Assembly (NCBI GenBank): GCA_001244265.2
Contig: CDLV01000005.1
Coordinates: forward strand, 1,426,001 to 1,490,000
Direction of reading: 5' to 3'
DNA length: 64,000 nucleotides
Source of the DNA: Microbotryum violaceum
Taxonomy: Eukaryota
In this document: positions 12,486-24,434 of the stretch, in pieces
How positions within the stretch are numbered: position 1 is the stretch's first letter
Layout: the number at the start of each line of letters is the position of its first letter
Program-made: the position numbers and the translations under genes
Notes under the pieces: model-generated
What the model was told of the DNA's origin: nothing
Databases searched by the model: none
Seen by the model: only the letters and a program-made list of their open reading frames with translations

Positions 12486-12969
12486 GTCAAGGAGTAGAGC
12501 TCTTGGGTGTGTGTGATTTTTGTGGGGTTGTTGGTGTGATGTATTTCACAGTTCTCGAGCACAGAGTCTGAGGCTGGTGGCCATGGAGAGAGTTCAGAAC
12601 TCAGCCTTGAGAATATTGTCTGCCACAGCGAGCCGTGTTTATGGGTTTCTCCGTACCTGACTGGTCTTTGCTTGGATCATACCTGACATATCCCATCCAC
12701 CATAGCATGACTTGACCGAGAAAGAGAAGAAAAAAACCTGCCGATCTCAAGCCTTTTTTTCTTTCTTTCTTGGCGCGCTACTACTACTACACAGTGAAAC
12801 ATTGATGAAACAGCATCCAAGTCGTCGTCGCCGGCTCCCAGGCCGATTGAGCCCGCGCCGCGGCTTTTTAGGCTCTTCAGAGCAGGGCAGGGTTCTTGCT
12901 TCGGGCTAAAGCGCTAAAGACCGCTCTGCTTCCCGCCTGTTACGGTGTGTTGCGTTGCGTTGGGCTGCG

Positions 12970-15900
12970 ATGCGAGGCGTGAGATGGATTTTGACGGTTG
13001 CGATTCTGCTAGCTGCTGCTACGACGAATGCCGAGCTCACGAAGGAAGGAGAGTCGAGTGATCAGGTACGTCCTCGCCTCTCTCGGCCCGTGATGAGGTG
13101 GAGGGTACACGTCAGAAGCAACCGCTGCTCTCTTTGTGGAGATTCGACGCGGAAGCTGATCATCCTCCACCTTCCATCCACCAGTCATTATTATGGGGAA
13201 CCTATCGACCAGGTCTCTACTTTGGTGTACGCCCGCGTATTCCGGCGTCGTTGATGCACGGCATCATGTGGTTCGGGCTGCAAGACTACCCCTCCGCCCA
13301 GAACGCTCGTCATCGATGCTCACAGGACGATGGCATGGTCTACACCTACACCGAACACGATGCGAGGACAGCGGCGAAGCAGTTCATCAAGGATCAGATG
13401 AACAATGTCGAGCTGACGACCGAGTTCTTGAAGGCTCCCGCGGGGGACAAGGGTATGTCTCAGCTTGCGACACCGGCGTGGGGGCCCTTAGTTGGCCCGG
13501 TGTCCAGAGAAAGGGGTCGGGTAACAACTGATGGCGCATTCGTTCCATCTAATCGTAATCGGTTTTCAACTCGTTTAAATAGGTGGCAACTGGGCCGTAC
13601 GCATTTCAGGCAAACCTCTCGATGACCGTAAGTCACATGTCTCATCGCAGGCTGCAAAATCATCTCCTAAGATGCTCGGTCCCCTTTGATCAGTCAAACC
13701 ATCCCGGATATCGCTCTTGAACTATTTTGGGAACGATGCTAGTCTTGGCTTCCTGGATCTGGAAAAGCCTGATCCCGAGGTTCGTCAATGTTCTCCAAGA
13801 AGGTCCGAAGGAGGTGCTGATCCTGATTTTCTGATTTTCTGATTGTGCGCCGAACTTAGGGTATTGTCGGACCTATTACTATTCGAGGAGAAACCCAAGA
13901 GTTAGGATCGTTCAAAATCACCGTCGTGAACGGTGCGCTATTTTCGATTCCGTCGTCGGCAGCATTGGCGCGAAAACTGATTGTCAAATTCGCCTGCGTG
14001 AACAGGTGAATCGAACGAGGCCGTAAGCGAGGGCAAGCATGCCGCGGATTTTGGGGACGAGTTGGAACGGACCCACTTTTTGGGCCTCAACGTCCCCCCA
14101 GGCGAGGTGTGGAAAGCCAGGGGTAAGTAGTTGCAAAGCCACGGACGCGGATGCTCATGTGTACAGCCGCTCATGTTCTTCTGCGCTTGTGCTCCTACAG
14201 CCGAGGTAATGCCGGTGATGATGGAGAACGCCGTACGCATTTTCAAACCCTACGGCGAACGCAACGATCACCCCGATCCCGCCTACGTATTCCTGCTCCC
14301 CGACCAGGTCCGCTCGGGATCCAACTTGATCACGCTGCAAAAGACGTACGAAGGGACATGGTCGGTCGACATCTTTTACGACTCGGACGCTTCGCCCTCC
14401 AAGCTCGATTCGGCGGCGCTCTCGCTCGGTCTTTCGGCTGCTTCTCGAAGCTTCATCGATCGATTCGAGGCGACTTTCCCCCTGAGCAAAGAGTTCTCAG
14501 CGTCGCAGCGTGCGTTCGCTCAGCATATCACCGCGAATCTCATCGGTGGTGTAGGCTACTTTTACGGGTCTTCGATCATCGATCGTCAGTTCAAGAACGA
14601 GTGGGACCTCGATACCGATGACGACGATCTCCTAAGTACGATCAAGAAACCCGAGTTGACCCCGCCTCGCGAGTTGTTGACCGCGACACCGAGTCGGAGC
14701 TTCTTCCCACGTGGGTTCTACTGGGATGAAGGGTTCCACCTCTTGCCCATCGGAATTTGGGACAACGAACTTAGTCTCGAGATCGTCAAGAGTTGGGTCA
14801 GCCTAATTGATGAAGATGGGTGGATCGGGAGGGAACAAATTCTCGGGGAGGAAGCACGGGTGGCCGTTCCGGAAGAGTTCCAAGCCCAATACCCTTACAT
14901 CGCCAACCCTCCCACCCTCGTCATCGCTATTCGAGCCTCGATCGAGAGGGCCCACAAAGCCGCAGCGGGTGAAGCCAACGTCGGTGCCGATTTCGTGGAT
15001 CAAGGATCGGCACTCGGCAAGGCCTCTACACAATCGTCGGCGGTCGCGAGGGAGTTCTTGGCCTCGATCTATCCCAAGTTGAGGTTGCACTATGAATGGT
15101 TTCGCTCGACGCAACGCGGCCAAATTCGTGAATACGATCGTGAAGCCCGTTCCTCGACCGAAGCATACCGTTGGAGGGGAAGGACCAAGGACCATGTCCT
15201 TGCGTCGGGCTTGGACGATTATCCGCGTGCTCGACCACCTCATGTTGGAGAGTTGCATTTGGATCTGCTGTCATGGATGGGCGAGTTTGCGAGGATGATG
15301 GAAGAGTTGGCCGAGTTCTTGGATGAAGAGGATGATATTAATGATTATCAGACGCATCACAGGGATGTGTTAAACAATATTGAGGGTCAGTCCCGGATGA
15401 GAAGTGACGGTCATTGTCATTGGATGATGGGCTGATCTCGGGTCTTGCGTCGACAGATTTGCATTGGAGCGAAAAGGACCAGATGTACTGCGATGCCAGC
15501 GTCGACGAGAATGGTGCGTCCGGCGAGTCTTCTCGACCCACCTAGGTTTCGTCGACTAACGTGTTGTGTTTTCGTTATTTTTGGGCGTTCAGACGAGTCC
15601 TACCACGTCTGCCACAAAGGCTATCTCTCCCTCTTCCCCTTACTCCTCGCCCAAATTCCCGTCTCGTCCCCCAAACTCGGCGCGACCCTCGATCTCCTCC
15701 GGGACCCCGACCATCTTTGGTCTCCCTATGGCATTCGCTCGCTCGCGAAGAGTCATGAGCTGTATGGCAAAGATGAGAACTATTGGAGAGGGCCGATTTG
15801 GATCCAGATGAATTACATGGTGTTGTCGGCGCTGCATAAGGTAAGGCTTGGCGTTGCTGCTTTAGACCGGGAGACACTTGCTGATTCGTTTGAGAGTTCG

Positions 15901-16272
15901 TGAGCACAGACCTACGCCAAACAGCCTGGACCTTATCAGACTCGAGCAGGACAGATCTATGCCGAGCTCAGAAATAATGTTATTGACAACGTCTACAATG
16001 TCAGTCCAGTTTCCGAAAGGCACCCCACCGCGGTATTGTCACTGACCCCCGTCCGTTCGTCACACCAACCACAGGAATACGTCCGAACAGGAGCGGTGTG
16101 GGAACAGTACGATCCCGAAACTGGGAAAGGCCAACGCTCCCACCCTTTTACGGGATGGTCGAGTCTGGTCACGTTGAGTGAGTCGGGATCTGTAGTTTCG
16201 GAGGCGACTGACGATTGTGCTTGAGCTGATGTCAAAATCACATCGCGTGCAGTCATGACGGAACAATACTGA
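12970..16272 (+). CDS. CWH41: Mannosyl-oligosaccharide glucosidase I (GH63)
   Basis: SLLWGTYRPGLYFGVRPR, TATPSRSFFPRGFYWDEGFH, LASGLDDYPR, YWRGPIWIQMNY and WEQYDPETGKGQRSHPFTGWSSLV; last micro-exon MTEQY*. Confidence 0.96.
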
Positions 16273-16683
16273 GCGCGTTTTGCTCGGAATTTCATGTAGA
16301 GTTTGTAGTTCTGTGGGATCTGTCATCGCAGTGGTTCCTCTGTTTGCCGGAAAGCATCGCCATCCCGTCGATATCCATGAGACCCCCATCTTTTCTGGCG
16401 TCGTAGGCGACCCATGAAGCGCACAGGCGCGCAGCGTTGATTCTGCCCGAATCGAAAAGCTCCTGTTCACGAGAAGATACGTCTCCTCTCTACCGACTTA
16501 CGGGAATGGAGTGGGCAAGAATTTATTTTCTGCACTTTGAGAAGACGTCAACTGTCTTGCGAAGTTGTTGCACACAAAGTTGTTGCAACCCGAGGACTGA
16601 TCGAGCGTCGGCGCCCGCCGTCTAATTGGTGATTTGTGGTGAGACATTCATCCACGCGCCTCCCCCCCACACGCGCGCTGGGT

Positions 16684-16724
16684 GCAGGCACTGCGCAGGC
16701 ACTGCGCAGGCACTGCGCAGGCAC
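16684..16724. repeat. 11-bp tandem repeat (GCAGGCACTGC) x3.7 upstream of the PARP-E2 gene
   Basis: Read directly; ends about 75 bp before the ATG at 16800. Confidence 0.9.
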
Positions 16725-16799
16725 GCGTCCATTTCGACTTACCTAAGCGTTCGCTGACCCGCGTGCTTTTGCCTGGTCCCCGTTTCCAAACTCGGGACC

Positions 16800-17072
16800 A
16801 TGTCAGCTCCGCCCCACAAGAAGGCTCGCATTGAGGCTTCTATTGCTTCTCTTCCTTCTACTACTACTGCTGCTTCAACTGGCCCCGCTGCACCCGCCGC
16901 TGGATTCGCAGCTACGTCGTCTTCGAGCATGGGAGCCGGACAGACCTCGTCGTCGGCGGCGTCATCGACCTCGTCGTACGCGACTCGGAGCCGAACCAAG
17001 GTCGCTGCTTCACCTGATATTGACTTGACCATGAACGAGGACGAGATTGATTTGGAGAATGCGGGTGCGAAC

Positions 17073-17113
<41 letters not shown>

Positions 17114-20100
17114 GGAACCATTCGAATACGAGTCGTACGACGAGCAGGAGCACGAGATTGCCGTCGCGAAGGCTTCTGCGTCACGCTTAAAGCCAAAAGA
17201 ACAAGACGAACACGAGCAAGACGACGGCGACGATGAGGATGGAGACGTTGGCTTTGAATCGGACAATGAGACAATAACTGTTCATGGACCTCGGCCCATC
17301 ATTGACTCGATCACGCTCAGTGACTCGGCAGAGGAGGAGTTTCAGATCAGTACCCCACCCGAGCCCACGGCCGGCAGCAGCAGTTGTACCGAACCACTCA
17401 ACGGCGCAGCTCCCGAAACTTCCAACGTCGTCGGTGGGGGCAAGGGCAAGATGTCCTCGAGGAGGCAGTGGCAGGCTGATGTACAGGCCATGGTTAAGAA
17501 GTTTGGGGCCAAAGATGGGGATGCTATTAGGAGTGAGTTGCCACAAGGCTCCACTCGGCCCGAACGGACGATCATCCAAGCTGAGTTGGGTCTTTGGGAC
17601 ACGAACAGACTTTCGCAAGGACGAGGACATGGTGCAGTTCACGCTCGCACATGCGGGGAACAAACTCCGCTTCGTCATCATGTTCCCTGAACTGGGTGGG
17701 TATCCTCGCTCGCATCAGTGCGTTTGCTATAGCGAAAACGAGGCGATCGAGGGCGAGATTGAGCAGGTCATGTCCGAAATAGCAAAGTGAGTACAATGGT
17801 TCGTATGGACTTGGTCCGAGAAGGTGGCGCTAAAACCAGCTCTTCTCGGCAAACAGTCTTCCATCTCAAGCCGATCGATCCATCGCGGGTCTGATTGAAT
17901 ACCTCGTCGGTCGAATCGTCCATGGCCAGCCGTCGCCGTATGCCGACCTCTCGCAGACCCAACACGATACCGATACCGAGGATGAGGATATGGACGACTA
18001 CATCGAGGATGACGACATCTTCTCGATCGGCGCTGGATTCGGACCTCGATCGGCGTTGCGGGTGGCCCTGCGCAAGGACTTTAGGGAGTTACTCGCTCAA
18101 GGCTACCGACCCGGGTTCACGCGACTGTCGGAGTTCGACAATGTCGTGTCCGTGTCCAAGAAGGTCAACGAGCTCGGTGTTCCCGTCGGAGCGTTGCAGG
18201 CTTGGGACTCGGAACTGATCACGGGCAAGGTTGTTTACCTCGTCCTGCTCATCAAATTTGGGTGCAAGTACCCCATCGACGCCGACAATGCGACCCGGGG
18301 GCAGGTGCAGTTCAAGGTTGTCATCGCGCCAACGTACAAGCCTTCCAAGGCGTCTATCGCGACCGCATTTAGTATGCGTGGAAGCTCTGATACCTTGAGA
18401 CGTGACTTTACTATCTTATCAGCCAGCTGAAGTATTGTTCACGTGCTAACCCGTCTATGATGCTCACACAGAGGGCGATATGCAAGCCATCTCGCTCAGT
18501 GCACCGCTCGATGCGCTCTTCAAGGAGAAGTTCCAGGAGATTCTCTTGACGAGGCGTCAACAATCCAAATGTGGATGGGCTGCCGCTGAGCATCATTGCA
18601 TGGCTGATAACCCGCATGGCAAGGCTTACGATAGTAAAGCTGGTCAAGCGGCCGATAAGGCAGAGGCAGAGCTTGCTACTTCGGGGTCGTACAATGTGGG
18701 TATCCCAAGGGGAGGAGGGGGACCTTGAACGTGTGAACTATGCAACTGATAGTGATGGGGCTTGAACAGCTTCCCGTCGATCCCATGGCGAAGGATGTGA
18801 CGGACAACTACCCATGGCTGGCGATGGCTTATCTCGTTCGTCGCTTCGTGATGTGCCCCCGATTTTGCCTCATCTGCTTCAAGTGAGTGCCATGGAAGGT
18901 GTCGGATTGGAAACATAGATAGTTGATGCGCCTCATTTGGCTCCGACTCCCCAGGGAGGTGAACCACAAATTTAGCGCGCTCAAGCCTTTCGTTTGCAGC
19001 TCGTCGTTGTGCCTCTACCAGCTCATTTCGCTCGGTCTCGGACCTTCGCTCGAGCACGAGATTCGCACGAATGGACCCGCAGTCGATCTGCTCATCCAGC
19101 TAGCGTACACCGCCGCCAAGGACGACGTACTCAAGGGCGAACACCAACCTATCGGTATCGCTCTGCAGGTGCCGGTGACGACACATCATGCGGACGGGAC
19201 GTCGACGACGGTCTACAAGGATTACGATCAGCTTGGTGATGCAGACAAGTGCTTGGGAGTCGCGGGACTGATCTCTGATTTGCCTTCGGTCGTGAGTCAC
19301 CCTGCATTGTCGATGTGTGTGCGGTATAGCCGTCGCTGATCTCGTTCGAGGTACATCGTGGGCCGCAGACCGAGATGAAGAACTGGCTCGAAGGCGAGGG
19401 GATGACGGACGAAGATCGCATGCTGCGCCGTGTGCGCAAGCTGACCGATCTACGCTCCGATGTGATCAACCCCTCGTGCTGGAGACTGCTTCGGTGAGAT
19501 CGGGTTGAATCATTGCAGCGAGGGGTTGCTGACTTGTGTACCTTGTGTGTTGCAGCTGGATCGTTGCTTCCAACACGAGTTACCTCAAGGCCATCGATGA
19601 AGATGACGAGCTCGTGCAGCAGGTTCCCAAAGGATATCGTCAGTTCCGGCTCGTGGTCGGGTCTCCGGCCAAGGAGCACGTCTTTTCCGAGAGCGTGAAG
19701 GACGCCAAGGCCAAGGTTGCGAACGCAGCTAGGTACCCGACCCTGTTCGCCTGGCATGGCTCTTCGGTCAAAAATTGGCATACGATGTGAGTGACCGTAT
19801 CGAGTGAAGCTCATCTAGTTCTGCGAATGTCGACTCAAGTTTCGTTGACGAAACGACCATCACAGCCTTCGCGAGGGCCTTCATTTCCGACAGACCATCA
19901 ATGGTCGCGCGTACGGCCACGGTCAGTACAGCTCGCAAATCTGTCTCTCGTGCTTCTTTCGGTGCTGAAGTGCTTTCCTTAATACTTACAGGTGTTTACT
20001 TTGCCAAAGACGGGGAAATCTCTCTCGGCCACTACGCTACCCCGGCAACCTACACGTGGAAGAACGCCGAGTACCCCGTCGCCAAGCTCGCCGCGCTTTG

Positions 20101-21570
20101 CGAGATTGTCAACTTGCCCCATTCTTTCGTGTAGGTTGCATTCCAATTTTATTTCATTGAGTCTAGCAAAGTGAAAACTTCTGGGTTAACGTTTTTGGAG
20201 ACTCCTGCAGATCGCAAACGCCGTATTTCGTGGTCAACCAAGTCGATTGGATTCAGTGCCGCTACCTCGTCGTTGAGCGCATGGTCGCCCCAAGTATCGC
20301 TGGCAGCGACGCCAAAGATCCGAAAGCCGTCACGACCGGGGTGGTGCACGAAATTGAACTTGATCCCGCCCATCCCATCACTCTGGGTAACAAGAAGATC
20401 GGGGTTCCTGACCTCATGCCCAAGCTGGAAGCGATTAGTCGTCGAATCGATGGCGATGTCGAGGAGTTGTGAGTCTGGATACTAGTGTGCTACTTCTTCC
20501 CCGCGTTCGCGGTGTCTAAATGGATGCCTCTTGAGTGCAGGAACCTTTCGGACGTCGAATTACTGCGCGAGCCCTCGTCTGTCGTCGAAGTTTCCACCAC
20601 GAGTCAACCCAGATCGTCCCGAGCAGCGACTCGCAAAGCGTCGGCAGCACAGGTCAAGGCTAGTCCCCGCAAGACCAGCATAACCGATGCTACAGTAGCC
20701 GTCACGACTTCGACCTCAGCCGACCCTGAGGTCGATCCCTTCGAGCCCGCCGATAATGACCGATTGGCATTGGTGCGATTACTCCCTCCACCAAAGAACC
20801 CGAGTCGATCGGCCATGTCGACAATTCAAAAGGAGATGAAGGCGATGCTCAAGGTCCAGAAGGAGAAGGGACCCACCGCGGTGGGATTCTACTTTGATCC
20901 GGAGCGCAGCAACGATAACATGTTCGCGTGGGTCATCGAGTTGATGGGTTTCGATCCGGACTTACCGATCGCAAAGTGAGTCAATTGAAAACGTACCGGT
21001 CGCCTGGTACTGACGTGGGATACTTTTGTTGTCTTGTAGGGACATGAAGGCGAAAGGGGTCAAGAGTCTGTTGTTCGAGATCCGTTTCGGCGATAGTTAC
21101 CCTCTCTCGCCACCCTTCTTCCGAATTGTACACCCTCGCTTCTTGCCCTTCATTCAAGGAGGTGGCGGTCACGTCACTGGCGGAGGCAGTATCTGCATGG
21201 ATCGTGAGTCGAACGATCTAGCCTGACGGCGTCTGCCGTCGTTTCTGATCCACTGATGGCTTCTCTCGCACTTGCGCAGTCTTGACCTCGACAGGATGGT
21301 CGCCAATCTACCAAATGGAGGCAATCCTCTTGCAGATCCGAATGGCCATGTGGGTTTAAGTGGGGACCGTGCCAACTAATCTCGAAGCTGAACTTATTCC
21401 GTCCCCTTTCCCACAGCTCCAACCTCGAACCACGTCCGGCTCGCCTCGACCCGCATCATTGGGACAAGAGCTATACGATCCAAGAAGCCGTGGATGGCTT
21501 CCAACGTGCTGCAGCGACACATAACTGGACTGTTCCCGACGATTTTGCCGTCATCACTCGTGCCGGCTGA
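16800..21570 (+). CDS. PARP6/8/16-like ADP-ribosyltransferase fused to a C-terminal UBE2Q-like ubiquitin-conjugating (E2) domain
   Basis: PARP motifs LFAWHGSSVKNWHT, GRAYGHGVYFAKD and PYFVVNQVDWIQCRYLVV. Cys motif CLICFK...KPFVCSSSLCLYQ. E2 segment EIRFGDSYPLSPPFFRIVHPRF...GGGHVTGGGSICMDLLTSTGWSP. Many introns. Confidence 0.9.
17073..17111 (+). repeat. (GAT)13 coding microsatellite (poly-Asp)
   Basis: Perfect GAT run in the first exon of the PARP-E2 gene. Confidence 0.95.
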
Positions 21571-21799
21571 TAGACCATATTGGGCCACCGGTGTTGTTTT
21601 CTCATTTCGCATCCTCCTTCGCATTTTTCCTTTAGTAAATTTTCTCTTTGGTTTCCTATGATTCCTCAGCTGCAATCAGTACTTTCAATCGTATCAGATA
21701 TTCTCGAGGGGTTGGACCAGGCCCTGTGCATGTTTAAGAATCCGGGGGGGGGATCAACTTTCGCCCATCAGGCACCAGTCGGAAAAGGAGGTTATTTAG

Positions 21800-22926
21800 G
21801 GTGTTGTAGGGTTGTACACCTCATTCATGGCTTTCATATATATTGCATACCTCTTGCACAAGCTACAGCCATCCACATATACCCCAGGGCAAACAACTCT
21901 AGGTCAACCGGTGGGGTTTCGTCAGTCTCGAATCGGATACTAGGCGTCGAACGACGACAACGCACCTTCACCAAAGAGGCGAAGCTGATCCTGTAATTTC
22001 GGTCCTCAACAACCTCCAAACAAAATTTCTGAATTGGGTTTTAACAACGCGAGGGTCGCAACGTCTTGATCCCACATGACAAGGCATGACCAGCGCAAGC
22101 TGATCCGTCAGGAAACTGTCGCTCACGACGAGGCCGTCAGTTCATCCTCGGACCTTTGAAAGCAGGTACCTGACTGACTTGCGGCCCACCAATGTTGGTC
22201 AAAGTCATTCCCGATCTTGTACTCTTCCTCGATTTAACCTCCAGCTTCTGCTTCCACGCGGATAGTCAGAACAACGCTTCACCTCAGCTGTTCCCCAAAG
22301 CTGTTCGGGTCGGACTTGAGTGGTGGTCATCTCTCGGTGTGTGCAGCCCCGTCGCATCAAGGACGAAACTGAAGTTGCAGTCGAGCGGTCGGGTAATCGA
22401 AGTTAGAGCGTACTATATCGGCCATGGTGGTAACACAGGGCTGCACATGCTTGGCGAGAAGTCGTGGCAAGGAGCCAAGGCGCACGCCAGCCTGCACGTC
22501 TCGCGCGGTCTGACCGAGACAGGAGGCTGCAGGACGCTGGACGATATAACTCCCACTGCCCCGTCGGATAAAAGCTCGATTTGTTCCCCAGTTGTCATGG
22601 GACATCCGTTGATGTCTTGATTCCGAGTGGCTCATCGTGGAGGTCACTGGCTGCGCGTCCAGGCTTGAGGACTGGCCGAGACTGCGCCTCGAACAATTCC
22701 CACCACTTTCGAGAGCATCTGCAGATACCTTTATTCGAGGAGACAGCGTGTCGAGAAAACTGGGGTGCCCATGACTTACTAACTCCAGGGCGGCGCGAAG
22801 GAGAGGAGGTGGGGCTCCTATGCCGTGCTCCTCAGTCGAATTCTCGCGCGCTGAGCTGAGCGCTCCGAGACTCTCATCGCCTGCGGCGGTTGCCGCGAGG
22901 GTCGGGCCCATCTGTCCCCCGGCCAT
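21800..22926 (-). pseudogene. Possible highly degraded gene remnant
   Basis: The frame of ORF 22357..22926 continues through scattered TGA/TAA stops with protein-like text (LKSDPNSFGEQLR*SVVLTIRVEAEAGG*IEEEYKIGNDFDQHWW). No family recognised. Confidence 0.3.
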
Positions 22927-23516
22927 GGCACTGCCAACTCGCTAACTAGCTGCCTTGGCCGGTACAGATGGACTGTGAGCTCTAGAACGCGACAACTGAA
23001 ATGTTTCGGGAGCCGTGTAATACACCGTTTACATCGATATGGCTCGAAACAGCAACTTCTGCTCACTACTGCTCACTCGGCGACAGCTATTTTTCTACTA
23101 ACGGAAGCTGTACGGCGAGCTTCTTTGGCGGGCACTACGAATCTGGTAACCCCATACGGATAATAAGAGGAAGCGTACGACAGTCATTGAAGAAGAACCT
23201 CGATTTTTTCCTCCCTAGGGAAGACATACGGCGAGTTCTGCCTTTGGGGATCAATAAGTCTCACGCGCATTTTGCTGGCTGGAGAGCCGAGTGGGGCAGC
23301 CGCATACATCCAACCTGACTCGAAAAGCTTAAAATGCCGTGTCAGTGGCAGATCGGACCTGGGGGTTGAAGAACTCTAGTGCCGATGGAAAATGAACAGT
23401 GCATCCCTTGGTGCACGTGGGACAGACACTGAGTTTGCCAGAGTCCCGAGAAGCCGAGTGCCAACGGCTTTTCGAGGGCGGGTCGAACCGAGGTACCGAT
23501 TATTTCATTGAAGTGA

Positions 23517-23558
23517 TGCAGGCTGGTGCAGGCAGGTGCAGGCAGGTGCTGGCAGGTG
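23517..23558. repeat. 10-bp tandem repeat (TGCAGGCAGG) x4, imperfect, upstream of RasGAP
   Basis: TGCAGGCTGG TGCAGGCAGG TGCAGGCAGG TGCTGGCAGG TG. Confidence 0.85.
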
Positions 23559-24434
23559 GGTGCCGCGCGCCGGGAGCGCTCGACTAAGCGCTGCTGCGCG
23601 CCGCTCAGTAATCTACCGCCCGGAACAAGCAGAACGTCAATTACGCTCACTCGTCGGAACGGTACGACCTAGCCCCTCAAGGCCTCAAGGGTGCTCTTAC
23701 TCCTCTCCTTCTCACACACGACCTGGCAGCTAGCTCATCTACGCTCTTGCATCGCCGCACTGTCTCCCGCTTGGACGTGTGGGCAGCCGAGGCTTGCGAT
23801 CCATCCAGGTTGGGCATTTGTGTGAGTGTGCGTGTGAGGCCTGTGAGGGTCGACCGGCGCCGCGGTGCGCCCTTTGTTGCTCCCGGGTCGTGGGTCGAAG
23901 AACGGGGGAGCGATCGCCTTCCCTCTCGCCGCCGTATTTAGCTGGGCCACGCCATGGCGCCGCCAACGCCAACGCCAACGCTGCCCAACTTGGATCTGGC
24001 CGTGGCTTCGTCGAGGCGAAATCCCATACGACGACAAGACATGGGTGAGTCATCGTGCTTGGGATGTGCTTCCTCTGCTGCTGGAGCAAAATAGGGTTTG
24101 GATGGTGCTAGGGTTGAGCAGGAGGGGCGCTAGCCATCACGTGCTCGCGTGGCAGCTACTGCTAGCGGTCCTAGCCTAAGCGACTCAGTCGGCGGCTGGG
24201 CTCATAGGACACGAGTACAGCCAGCGGCGGAGGGAGCCATCTGCGGCTTGTTGCAGCCCCCCTGGGCCGTTGCAGACCTCTATGGCATCCCGAGTAATGT
24301 ACCCGTTGTGCACCTCTTCTTCGGCTTCCGCCAAACACAGCGGCATGCGAAGTTGAGCTGACCTGCTTCGACTTCCTCCCTGTCTCAACGTCATCGGTCG
24401 CTTTCGCCCGCCCGCAGACGCGCTGCAAGACCTG

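Noticed and set aside
16912-17274. Poly-His ORF on the minus strand (and poly-Val/Ser ORFs near 36451-37090)
   Set aside because: Alternative-frame readings of poly-Asp microsatellites in real genes.
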